64,000 nt of DNA from the NCBI GenBank assembly GCA_951406725.2, contig OX597818.1, positions 93,682,001 through 93,746,000 of the forward strand, written 5' to 3'. This document shows positions 24,006 to 36,245 of the stretch, one piece after another (position 1 is the first letter of the stretch; each line of letters starts with the position of its first letter). This DNA is from Octopus vulgaris (taxonomy: Eukaryota). Both the position numbers and the translations under genes were made by a program. A model generated the notes under the pieces. That model was not told the DNA's origin. It searched no databases and worked only from the letters and a program-made list of their open reading frames with translations.

Positions 24006-25476
24006 CTCTAGGCTGTTACCATATAAATACAAGTCCTCTACTCTCAAGTCAAGAGTTCTCTTCATTCTAATCATGAATATTCTTCACCTCAGCTTTGAGA
24101 CCATTTTACTCCAGTCAGGAGTCCTCTGCTTTCCTGCCAAGCACTTATATCCATTGTCAAATACTTGGAGGGTATACTTATGTACTGAGGCTACTTTATA
24201 TGACATCTCTGGATACAGGGAACACTGTCTCTTCATACATGTCTGCTAATCTGGTACCCTTGGAACCTGGGCAGAGCCAAATTATCAAATATTCCTATGT
24301 ATTGGAATCTTATTTCTTTAAAAACTCCTTTTTATTAAACCAGGTCATTAAACATTAAATTGTATTTATTCAGCACCTTCAATCTGTTCACTTATCTCCA
24401 GATAGATTAAGTTTATGAATGTCATATATTTTAATTTTTCTAAACTACTCAACAATAAACACACAAATCTCTGCCGTATCCAAATTTTCATGTAATTCCT
24501 TGGCATTTTCTATGTCCATTAGCCCTGAAATTGGTATACTCTCAGGTAAGTTTGTACTAAACCACTTAAATAATATGGCATCTTGTCTTAAACATTTGGA
24601 TTTCTATCTCATTTTATATTATTCAATCACAGTGTAATTAGGATGACATTATCTAATGTATCCTCTTTTTTTTTTAAAAGAAAAGAGAGTCTGATCTGAA
24701 ACAAATTTGGCTAATATTTCTAGTACTTTAAAGATGATGAAAGACTGAGATAATTAATGAGGAAGGAATTACAATCATGTTTCGTGGTCTGCTACCACAA
24801 CAGCTCCTTTATAGGATCCAGTTAGCTCAAGACATCATCAGGAGAAACCACATCTGGTTTCGGCCCCTACTCCTCTACCGTTTTGACATGGCGGGGCCCC
24901 CACTTTCAGAGGTGTCTTCAGCTCTGGTGTTGGGTGCATGTCTTCTTTCTTCTGTTCCATGGCCTCTTCGATGTATCGACAACAAGTGTCAGCCAGTGGC
25001 TGACTGACTTGTCAAATTTTTCCCTTTACTATTAATGACCTTAGAAGTTTTCTTTTACACATCTGTGGTGAAAATGTTTTTGGAAACTGTTTTGAAAAAG
25101 AGAAATGAACAGGACAAACAACTTGTGTGCTTGAAGGCTTTATTGATCATGACTTCCCACAATTATAACAACATTCATTTTTTTCTTGTTTTGCAAAAGA
25201 TGATGGAAGACGAAGATGATTAATCTTATATTATAAAAGAGAAGCTAATCTCCATTTGTCTGTCTGTCACAACATCTGTTAGAGGGAGGGAAGTAGGGGA
25301 GGAATCAAAAGGAGAGATACCCTCTGTCACAGTGTATATTTAGATGAAGGAAAGGAGAAAAAGTTGTTGTTGAGAGAGAAATATAGTGAGAGGGAGAAAG
25401 AGAGAGAAAGTGAAAGAAGACAGATAGCTTAATAGATAGATAGAGAGAGAGGGGAAGAGAGAGGGGGAGGGAGAGA

Positions 25477-25633
25477 GATGGATGGATGGATGGATGGATG
25501 GATGGATGGTTGGCTGGCTGGCTGGCTGGCTGGCTGGTTGGTTGGTTGGTTGGTTGGTTGGTTGGTTGGCTGGTTGGCTGGTTGGCTGGTTGGTTGGTTG
25601 GTTGGTTGGGTTGGTTGGTTGGTTGGTTGGTTG
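25477..25633 (+). repeat. Compound tetranucleotide microsatellite (GGAT)n-(GGCT)n-(GGTT)n
   Basis: Directly visible. Confidence 0.95.
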
Positions 25634-25929
25634 GTGTTATCACCATTGTAACTAACAAGTTTTGATTAAAAACGTGAGAATTTTAAGTTTCTCAACACAA
25701 TGCAACACAAACTTCAAAAACATGACTATATGTATATTTATAATACATATAGTTATATTATTGGTTGTTTGTGAGTGTGTTTCCGATTGTGTTTCAACAT
25801 ATAGACAATGCAATAGAGACTTTAAAAAAAGACTTCCACTATAATGACAGGTCATTGTTGAGAGAAATACAGTTTAAAAGAGAGAAGAGAGAATGTGTGT
25901 GAAGAAAAGAATTAAAATCTGTTTCAAGA

Positions 25930-26708
25930 CAAAAAACATGTTGTTGTTGAGCATATCAATGTGATTATTGTAGTTGCTCTCCACCATGTCCTCAAGATGG
26001 CTTCAGAACTTGGTACATGTGTTCCTCACTATAGCTCTGGGAAGATCTTCAAACACTTCCTTCATCTCGGTCATCAGCTTAGTCTTGGTGTTGCAAACAG
26101 AGTGGTTGATGTATTTCTTGACTGCACCCCACACATGGGATTACAATCAGTGGAATTAGGAGGACAGAGATCAGGGCTAGTGAAGTAGAAATCATCTAAC
26201 AACCAATCCTAACTTTTTTCCAGTGAAGTCAGATTCTGCTGCCATACATATGGCCTTCCAGTAGCAACTCTCTCCAGCCAGGGATTGGCCACAGTCTCCA
26301 GGAGCTTAACATAACTGTGTGCATTGAACCTAAGGCCCTGTTCAAAGATGTGGAGTTGCATGACATCATCCTCACTGGGGACACAGTCAAGGGCCATCAC
26401 AGTTTAGGGGAATTTGGTTTTCATATGTGGGACATTTCCATGGCATGTCTTACAGTCTCTAGAGTGTTCACAAAACAAAGTGCAGCAGTCATGATGTCAG
26501 CATTTTGATACCCAGTGCAACTCATTATGATATTGGTAACCCTTTTCCAGTATTCAGATGGCTTCCAGTCCTCCATGTCAGCTAACTTTTTTTGCACTGC
26601 AATTTTGATCTTTATGCTCTGCAATGCTCTTTTACTGTTCACCAATACATCAAGCTGTTCCTGAAAAAAAGGAAACAATATGTCCTCAAATTCAGCCTGA
26701 ACACCGTG
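25930..26708 (-). mobile_element. Decayed Tc1/mariner (maT-like) transposase relic
   Basis: SEDDVMQLHIFEQGLRFNAHSYVKLLETVANPWLERVATGRPYVWQQ, related to the 31760-33012 element. Confidence 0.75.
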
Positions 26709-27967
26709 TGTGTGTGTGTGTGCGCACACGCACGTGCGTGCGTGTATTTATTAATCAAAGTATTACAAAATTTAATCTATACTTACCATCTCCTGTCTTC
26801 AGTGGGAAATGTGTCTAGCTATGGGAAAATATTACCTTGCTTGGAAACAGGTGAAGTTTGGTAACAGGATGGGCATCCAGCCATAGAAAATCTACCTTAA
26901 CAAACTCCATCTGGCATATGCAAGCATGGAAAAGTGGATGTTAAATGCTGATGAAATGAAACAGAAGAGAAATAAAACACTTTGAGTGGGGGCCTATCCC
27001 AAGAATTGAACTCAAAGTCCATATTATAATCTAAGAAAATATTTGTCAGCTCTGTTACACTAACAATAGAGAGTTATACCTACAGTGAAGCAAACTGAGC
27101 TATTTCAGGGCTGAAAACTTCAACTTGAGACACAGTAGTAGTGACAGGATATGAACCACCAACTTTTTAGTTGATTATTTGGTATCCTACCTATTTAATC
27201 ATATGTGCTTCATTTTCAAATAATAATGATGTCAAATTCTGGTACAAGGCCAGCAATTTCTGGGGAGCTGGTAAGTTGATTATATTGACTTAACTGGTAT
27301 AAATTTTATCAACCCTGAAAGGATGTAAGGCAAAGTAAACCTCAGCAGAATTTGAACTCAGAACATAAAGACAGACAAAATGCCACCAAGCATTTTGCCC
27401 AGTGTGCTAATGATTCTACTAAATGATTATTATTGAGCAGGCAGAATCATTAGCATGCCAGACAAAATGTTTAGTGACAGTTCTTCTAGTTTTACACTGA
27501 ATTCAAACTCTGTTGAGGTCGACTTTGCCTTTCAACCTTTCAATCCTCATTTAACAACCATTTTCCATGCTGGTATGGGTTGGTCGATTTGACAAGAACT
27601 TGAAAGTCAGAAGACAACACCCAGAAGATAGAAAACTTCACTTCACTTGTTTAATGATGCTTATTTACAACTAATACATGTCTAGACAAGGGGTCATACC
27701 ATGCACACACTATATGTGTGTGTGTGTGTGTGTGTGTGAGTGTGACAGGCTTCTTTCAGTTTCCTTGTACCAAATCCATTCACACGGTTTTAGCTGGCCT
27801 GGGGCTATAATAGAAGGCACTAGCCCAAGGTGCCACACAATGGGACTGAACCCAAAACTACATGGTTGAGTGTAGACATGGCTGATTCAGAAGTTCACTT
27901 CACAACTATGTGGTTCCATCACATGACATTGAGTGAAACCATTCTTCCACTATATCTTCAATTTGAA

Positions 27968-28198
27968 AGGCGGCGAGCTGGCAGAAACGTTGGCACGCTG
28001 GGCGAAATGCTCAGCAGTATTTCATCTGTTGCTACGTTCTGAGTTCAAATCCCGCCGAAGTGGATTTTGCCTTTCATCCTTTCGGGGTCGATAAATAAAG
28101 TACCAGTTTCGCACTGGGGTCGATGTAATTGACTTAATCCCTTTGTCTGTCCTTGTTTGTCTCCTCTATGTTTAGCCCCTTGTGGGCAGTAAAGAAAT
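27968..28198 (+). mobile_element. tRNA-derived SINE, family B
   Basis: aggcggcgagctggcagaaacgtt...gagttcaaatcccgccg (B box)...ctttcatcctttcggggtcgataaa. Copies near 27230-27420(-), 27440-27540, 28820-29220(-), 38700-38810, 54338-54555, 58530-58680 and 62592-62810. Confidence 0.85.
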
Positions 28199-28499
28199 AT
28201 ATATCTTCAATTTGACTGAAGCCTTATGAATGAAATTTGGTTGACAAAAATTGTGCAGAAGGAAGGACTAGTTTTTTGTGGATAGTAGACTTAACATGTT
28301 ACCCAGGTTAATGCCACCAAGTATCCTTTGAATGTCTTTGGTAGAGGTCATTCTACTGCAAGCATTTGAGCCAGTTATCGAGTCTGAGGGTTTCTCTTTT
28401 CTTTTCAGCAGTCTTGGGATCACTGTAAAATGGTGCAGATATAGTTCTTCTTTGACTAAACAATAAGAAAAAAGACTGCAATAAAGTCATTACTCTATT

Positions 28500-28808
28500 C
28501 TTTAATGTTTGTTCCTTCTCAAGCCATGCCTGGCTCATAGGGATGGTTTCCTGGTTTCCTTGTTGTATAGGTTCCCCACCTGAATGGGACGCCGGTCCAT
28601 CGCAGGTGAGCTGCAAGATGCAGGAGGAAAGAGTGAGAGAAAGTTGTGGCGAAAGAGTCAGCAGAAGTTCACTATTACCTTCTGCTGGAGCCGTATGGAG
28701 CTTAGGTGTTTCACTCATAAACACACACATCACCCGGTCTGAGATTCAAACCCGCAATCCCTCGACTGTGAGTCCACTGCTCTAACCACTAGACCATGTG
28801 CCTCCACC
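28500..28808 (-). mobile_element. tRNA-derived SINE, family C
   Basis: Reverse complement head gtggaggcacatggtctagtggttagagcagtggactcacagtcgagggattgcgggtttgaatctc (tRNA-like A and B boxes); related head at 49330. Confidence 0.75.
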
Positions 28809-29288
28809 TATTCTGTAATATTGATTTCAAATTTTGGCACAAATCTAGCAATTTTAAGGAAGAGGTTAAGTTGACTACAATGACCCCAGTGCTCAACTGG
28901 TACTTATTTTATTGACCCCCCAAAAATATGAAAGGCAAAGCTGACCTCAGTGGAATTTGAACCCAGAATGTAAAAATAGACAAAATACTGCAGAGCATTT
29001 TGTCCTGCATGCTAACAATTTTGCCAACTCGCACCTTGCTCTATTCAGTAATATTGGTTTCAAATTTTAAGACAAGGCTAACAAGCTCAAGGTTAGTCAA
29101 TTCATGAAAGGATGAAAGGTAAAGTTGAATTCTGTAGAATTTAAACCCAGAATGTAAAGACAGATAAAATGCCACTAAGCATTTTGCTAAGTATGCTAAT
29201 GATTCTGTCAGCTCACTGTCTTCTCTATTTCATGATACTGAAAGGGAAAGTAAGTTATTCCAACACAATCACTGTGTGTGTATACATG

Positions 29289-29770
29289 TATTAAGTTGGT
29301 AAGTCCTATTGCATTTTGGACATGATCACTCTGAGGGCACGTTTTCAATACTTAAGGTAAAATAAGCATTAATTTTTACATTGTAATATCTTTTCTTCAC
29401 ATAGTATTTGATACCATAGGGGTTAAAATGGCATCAATTTTGTCATGTTAAAATAAATTTACATCAGACCCATATCAAACACAGCATGCTGGATGAATTT
29501 AAGAAGGGCTCTTCAGCAATGGAAGCAGCATGAAATATTTGTTGTCTATGGAAATGAAGCTTTAAGTCTCAGGACATGTCAACAATGGTTTGATCAGTTT
29601 TGTTCAGGAAATTTTTCTCTCATAGATTTCTTCTGATCCAAATGACCAAGTTCTGTCAATATTGAGCTTCTGAAAATGGTAGGTGAGGAAAATCCAAAGC
29701 AAACTGCAAAAGAATAAGTTAAAAACAGTTCAAGTCACACTTCATGAATAATGAAAAGTGTCTAAATTAG
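29289..29770 (+). mobile_element. mariner transposon 5' relic
   Basis: Translation pieces HIKHSMLDEFKKGSSAMEAA*NIC / VYGNEALSLRTCQQWFDQFCSGNFSL match the mariner HTH region. Confidence 0.78.
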
Positions 29771-30089
29771 GTTCATGAGTCCTTTAATTGTTAATTAACA
29801 AAGTTAAAATTTTCATTAACAATTTGGCTTTTATGTTAACTTTGAAAACCATTATTGGACTAATTAACTTCTGTTACATTTAGCTTCTGTTAACCCAAAA
29901 ATTTCATAAGAACCAGTAAACGTTTAAAAGTTTTTATTGTTTTCAGATTGTCTTAGCATATTTAATATTGTACACATCATTCTTCCTACCCCAATATAAC
30001 ACCACTTATTATTATAAATAACTTGTAGGACCTTGTTTGGCCCTGCCTGGCGTTGACCAACTCCAAAGATCTACTGATAGAGTGAGCAA

Positions 30090-30602
30090 GTGTTGATGGA
30101 CTTGTTTATCAAGTTCAACATAGTCATCTCTTCCATTGCTGCAGTTGAACGTTTATTTTCCACGAGCAAGGACATCTTGGGTGCCAAGAGGTCATCCGTG
30201 TCTGATGAAAATTTTAGTATGTTAATTTTTATGAAGGGCATTGTGAATCTTAACAAAATGGAGAAGCGGAAAAATTAAATTATGTATATATTGTGTTTTT
30301 CATTTTTTTTACAGCTACTTTATCAATAAACTTTTTTAGTTTAATACTAATATTGTGTTTCATTTGAGTTTTTTTTTTTACCTTTTTCTGGCACCAAAAG
30401 CCTTTAAAAACCTAAAAAACCTAAAAGGGCCAAAACTATGAAATCAGCCTTTTTTTAGGCCCTTTAAAATTTTAAATTATAAAATCAACACTTTTAAATG
30501 CTAAAGTAAAAAATTTAAAAAAAACTATAGTTTTTGGGTTCTAAAGCCCTCAAAATGGCCAAAAATGCTGATTTTATAGTTTTGGCATTTTTCAACCCTT
30601 TA
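30090..30602 (+). mobile_element. hAT 3' relic: dimerisation-domain fragment and subterminal region
   Basis: LFIKFNIVISSIAAVERLFSTSKDILGAKRSSVSDENFSMLIFMK (hATC motif ERLFS...R..SD.NF); AT-rich subterminal repeats ending ...tttttcaaccct. Confidence 0.72.
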
Positions 30603-31759
30603 GTGTTTAAACTGGCCAAAACCCATTGGATCTAATTCCTCTATGAAATTTTTAAAAAAATAATCAAATCACATTAGTGAATTCTTGTAGCTTTGAGATA
30701 ATGTGTGAGCTTTTCTTCCAGAAAGCACAAAGCTGGGAGAAAAGCAAAATTAACTGAGGTGGATGTCAACAGAGAAAGTGGAAAAAAATAAATGGAAGGA
30801 AAACAAGTTGATAAATATTTTGGTGTGAATGTAAATAGCTGTTACATGGTAGCAGGCCATGCTAGAAATAGTAGCCAAATTTTTCCTTTTCTGGAAAGAG
30901 GAGCCATTTATGCATGATTTTGATGTTACATTCATTCAAAGCAAGCAAAATAGCCTGGGAAAGAAAAAAAAAAGACCCGCAAAACAAAACTCCTTTGGTG
31001 GGAAACTTCGAGGTCTCCACCATACCTCCAACATTTTTTCTGAAAAAAAGTGGCTACCAGTGGGTTTGGAGGCCAGATACGTTGAATGCACCGGAAAAGA
31101 AACCAGTGGAAAAAATTATTCCACACCAAGGTACAAAATATTTACCAAAAGAACAAAATCTTGTACTGATTATACCTGTATTTTAATTAATTCAAATTAA
31201 TGTACCTCATTTTGAAAAGTGGCAACATTTTTGTCAGTTGCTATCTTGGATAATTTTAGTAACTAATCAAACGGGTAAGATGTATTAAGAACGAAAAAAA
31301 TAAATTTTCCAGATTTTTTCTTTTTTTTTTTCATGAAAATATGCCTCCCATTATTCTGAAGACTTTGGAGAAAAACATTAGAAAATGTCTCAGTCAAAAT
31401 GGAGAAATTCCAACTTTTGTGGGCTGTTTGATCTAAAATTCCCCCCACCACTTCCAAAAATTTTGTCTGCAAATTTCTTTGTAATCATAATCTACACTGT
31501 TTGAAAGGTATTTGTATAAAATTTCATTAAAAATACCTATTTTCCAGGAAGTCATGAGGGGGAAAATGTTGGGTCCTGTGAATTTTCCAAAATTCCTCTC
31601 TCCAACCCCTCAGAAAATTTTTTCCAACAAATCTTTACATACACTCAAAGAATTAACAGATTAACGAAGTTGATTTTCTAGTGAACAGATTAATGATGTT
31701 AACTTTTCGGTTAATGGTGCCTACTTCTGTGTATATATATAAATATATGTATGTATATA

Positions 31760-33012
31760 CAGGGTGCAGTGAATAAAATGTCTAAATTACGCAAAAATGA
31801 AAATAACACTGACATCTCATTTTAACAGATATATTTACCAAAATTGCATAAAAATATCTTGAGATACTAAAGGGTAAATCTATTCAATAAAATCGCCATT
31901 GGCTTCAACCACGGCATCCAGACGACTTTGGAATCTCCTGCAACTCTTCTGGACGGTCTCCTAGTTTAAGTTGATAAATGCTGCCATAATCTTTACCTTC
32001 AGTTTATCTTTGGTGTCACAAGGAGTTTTTTTGGTCTCTTGCTCAACTGTGACCCACACATAATAATCAAGGGAGTTAGGTGGCTGGATGTTAGGGGTGA
32101 TGTGGTTGCAGAAATTGTCTGACAGCCATGACTGGGTTCTCCTGCTTGTGTGGCATGATGCAGAGTCCTGTTGCCAGACACAGGGTCTTCCAGCAACCAT
32201 CCTCTTGATCCAAGGCAGCATTATCTTCTCCAGGCACTTGAGGCCATATGGGAAGATGAATGGAAGCGTAACATCGCATCACAAATGATCACTCCAAACA
32301 CCATGATGTTGACTGGATGTTTGATTTCTATCATTCTCAGTACCTGTTTTGGGGACACAGCAAGCCAACAGTTGTTCTGTATCCACCATCTGATCCTGGC
32401 AGAAATTGTTCTCGTTTGAGCAAAACCAAAGCATATTCAGTTGGAAGGGATGCTTGAGTTTATTCAAAAGCTTCATAGCATGGTCTTTCCTCTTGTCCTT
32501 GATGGCTTGGGATAAAAATTGGCCCTTTCTCAACTTGTATGAGGAATACTGAATGTCTTCATGCATTACCTGCCTGATAAGAAACTGACACTCCTATGTC
32601 CCTGGTGATGGACCTGATTGATTTGGAGGGATTGTTGTCAATCATGGCCTGGATCTTGCCAACAAATTCAGGTGTTCTTTTCTTTTCAGAATGATCAGAA
32701 TAAGTTTTCCAAGCTGCTGTACCTTTGTAATCACCATTAGACTCATCCAACTCTTTCTGAATCCTGTGCGCTGCCCTCAGATTGACATCCAAACACACTG
32801 AACTGTTCACATTGGAGCTTCTGGCACAAATGTCAAGCAGTACAGCATGTTCTTTCCAAATTTCTGGCAGAGTGAATTGTGTTATGGTGCTGTTTTTCTC
32901 ACAGACGATGCCCAACTGACCCTACTATACTGTGTAATCAACAAAATCAAAAACAACGCACATGCACGAAATCAAAAATATAAAACAGTGACAATTTAAC
33001 CATCACACCCTG
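31760..33012 (-). mobile_element. Full-length but defective Tc1/mariner element (maT/DD37D-like)
   Basis: TA|CAGGGTG ... CACCCTG|TA termini. Frameshifted transposase over ORFs 32559..32915, 32279..32566 and 31961..32221, including WQQDSASCHTS...PPNSLDYYVW. Confidence 0.88.
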
Positions 33013-33810
33013 TATATATATATTGTCAGTGTATCATATATCTGAAAAAGAAGCACAGTCTAGAGCAAGGGTGTGGAAACCCCCGCCTGTGGGCACAATT
33101 GCACCAGTGAGCCCATTTTATTGTGCCCGCAGGCTGGTATACTTATATGGACAAAATATAGTAAATTTTTCAATTATAAAATTTATACAATATTTGTATG
33201 CCTATTTGCAACATAGGTCATGTTTCTACTATGACTTAAAACAATTAGACATGAACAGAAAATTGTCCTGTTATTTCCATTTGAATGGAAATTTTGTTAT
33301 CACTATAAAACACATATTGCTAGGTTTGTACCACCCCCTAGAGACCCAACTACACTCAAGCTGAAAAATATAGAATACCTCATATAAACGTCCTAAATTC
33401 AGTGGTGGTGTTAATGAAGATGTCACACATTAATTTAATGTCTTAAACTTAACTTTATTAATGTATCTCAAATTATACATAGATATATACAAGATTTACA
33501 CAGATATAAGAGTTGGCCTTGGACTATAAAAGACACTTGCCCAAAACCATGGGGATGCAAGGCAAGCTTCTTAACCACATAGCCTTGCCTTCAGAGAAAC
33601 TGAATCTCTCAGAAGTATCTGAGTTAAGTCCAGTTTAAATAATTTTAACTAAATGAAAGCAAGTCCTTGGAGTAGAAAACCAATCTATCCAGTTTATTAC
33701 ATGTAATATTTACTGAAGACTTAGTACTTATTTCTGATAGCTAGGTGAACTGAAGTAATGTAAAATTAAACATCCAGTTTTAATACTCAATGAGAAATAA
33801 AAAATCAACA

Positions 33811-34189
33811 AGGCGCAGGAGTGGCTGTGTGGTAAGTAGCTTGCTTACCAACCACATGGTTCCGGGTTCAGCGTGGCACCTTGGGCAAGTGTCTTCTACT
33901 ATAGCCTTTTGCTGACCAAAGCTTTGTGAGTGGATTTGGTCGACAGAAGCTGAAAGAAGCCCGTCATATATATGTATATATGTGTGTGTGTGTACGTTTG
34001 TGTTTGTCCCCCCAACACTGCTTGACAACCGATGGTGGTTTACATCCCTGTAACTTAGTGGTTCGGCAAAAGAGACCAATAGAATAAGTACTAGGCTTAC
34101 AAAGAATAAGTCCTAGGGTCGATTTGCTCGACTAAAGGCGGTGCTCCAGCATGGCCGCAGTCAAATGACTGAAACAAGTAAAAGAGTAA
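33811..34189 (+). mobile_element. tRNA-derived SINE, family A
   Basis: aggcgcaggagtggctgtgtggtaagtagcttgc...ggcaccttgggcaagtgtcttctactatagcc...aaatgactgaaacaagtaaaagagt. Confidence 0.88.
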
Positions 34190-34684
34190 TAGTTTTCCAC
34201 TTGTAAACTATGAACTGATAGTCATACAACTTAACCACCTAGCCACTGCACTATCTGTTAAAACTTTTGTTATCATATTCCTGTTGAAATACATGGCTTT
34301 AATTTGAATTCACTTTGAAAATAATGACAAATTTAGTAAAATAACTCTGTTGATATTAATTCTTTAACATTTAAACTAGTCACATCAGGCTAAAATATTC
34401 TACTTGTTCAAAGCAACCAGATCTAGCTTCTCATGTCTACCCTACAATGTCATTCTAAAAATAAACAATCGTCCAACCCGTGCTAGCGCGGAAAATGGAC
34501 GTTAAACAATGATGATGATGATGATGATGATGATGACATCATTGAACTCTATGAAGATATGAGATAATGCATGAATAGTTCAAAGCAATGTAAGTAAATA
34601 GGCATTAAATGTGATGGATTAATTGGAACACTAAAAGGCTAACTGGAGTTTTGAAACATAAATCAACATGAAATTTTGATGTAA

Positions 34685-36245
34685 AATTGCCAGCAACATT
34701 CCCTTGTTCAGAAAGGGTGATTGCACATCACCTGTCAACTACAGTCTAGTCAATCTTCTAGCTGCATTATAAAACTAACGGAGGCGTGTGTTAGAGAAAC
34801 ACCCTGGAGCTTTCACAACCTTATTTGACTGCCACAACTCCAGCTGCTGTTGCCAACTCCTTGTGTTCCTTGAAGACATCACTTAAATCAATGATGATGG
34901 CTCATGGGTGGATGTCATCAATCTCGATATTGCAAAAGCCTTCAATTCTGTACCACACAAGTCTCTGCAATGGAAGTGAAAGATGATCTTTATAACTGGT
35001 TGAAATCCTTCATTCTCAGTTGAAAAGAGGTAGTCACAGTTGTAGGATAGCGTTCTTCACCCTATGAGATGACATCTAATGTACTACAGGGATCCATTCT
35101 TGAACTCCTGTTGTTTGCTGCATATATTAATGACATAGATGCCAACTTGAAGAATGTTAGTGTTGAAATAAGTAGATGACACCAAGCTCTTGAGATAAAA
35201 AGTGGGGTATCAGGACAAAATCCTCCAACAAATTTTACACAAAAATATCAACTAATAAACATTTAAAATTTTTTTTCTAAAATTTTGTTTTCTTAAAATA
35301 TTTTTATTGTAAAGAAAGAACAATATCTTGGGGGATTTTGTCCTAGTACCAAAATTAAAAGATTCTAAAAATCTTTCCTACAATCAAACCTGGACACAAT
35401 GCAGCAATGGATTACTGAGTGGCAACTCAAGATGGCTGTGGACAAGTGCCCCAGCATGTATTCTGGAAGGGAAGATCCAGCTTATACATACTCTCTCAAT
35501 GACACCAATCTTCAGAAGTCTACTAGTGAATGTGACCAGGGAATTATGGTCAACAGCAATTTGGGTTGGACAAATCACATCTATAAAACTGTCAAGAAAG
35601 CTGAGAGTGTCTTAGTATCACTCAGTAAGACCTTTGTCTAGCAATCGATTTGAAGCTATATATGGCTATGGTATGTCCTCACTTAGAGTTTGCATCACGA
35701 CTTTGGAACCCTTATTTTGCTCAACGTATCAATCTCTGGGAAACTGTTTAGAAACATGCAACAAGATGAATACCCACCATCAGACATCTACCATACTCTG
35801 AACATCTTGCTTCCTTGGTCATAAACACAGCAAAGCTCCAATGCCTAGCAAATGTCTTGGTAGACACCCCCAAAATTATCCACAATCTTTCCAACAACAA
35901 CCTTGAGCACCTTTTTGAATTCTGTATGTCTAACACTCATGGACATGTTTACAAAATCAAAAAACAACACAGCATCTATGATTTTTGGAAGCATTTTTCC
36001 ATGCTCAGAATTGCTGAAGCATAGAGTAAACTAAACACATCAATTGTTAACTATCAGGACACTGCATCCTTCAAACTTTCCTCGCTTCCTGAAATTTATT
36101 AACAGTACACCTGACGCCACCTTGATTTTCTTTTTAAATGACTCATTCACTGTTCACTTCTTGTGCATATCTGTACTGTTCATACACTTTTGGCTACTTT
36201 TTTTGGTGAGCTGTAGTTACCTAAGCACTAATAAATTCATCACTA
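34685..36245 (+). mobile_element. CR1/L2-like LINE reverse transcriptase relic
   Basis: PLFRKGD, VDVINLDIAKAFNSVPH, VLQGSILELLLFAAYINDI, DDTKL, PHLEFASRLWNP; many stops and frameshifts. Confidence 0.85.
35206..35350. mobile_element. Small MITE inserted in the LINE
   Basis: 23-bp imperfect TIRs ggtatcaggacaaaatcctccaa / ttgggggattttgtcctagtacc; no clear TSD. Confidence 0.65.

Noticed and set aside
28730-28808. tRNA gene (also heads at 27968, 33811 and 49330)
   Set aside because: A/B boxes are present but there is no complete cloverleaf, and each continues into a multi-copy SINE body.
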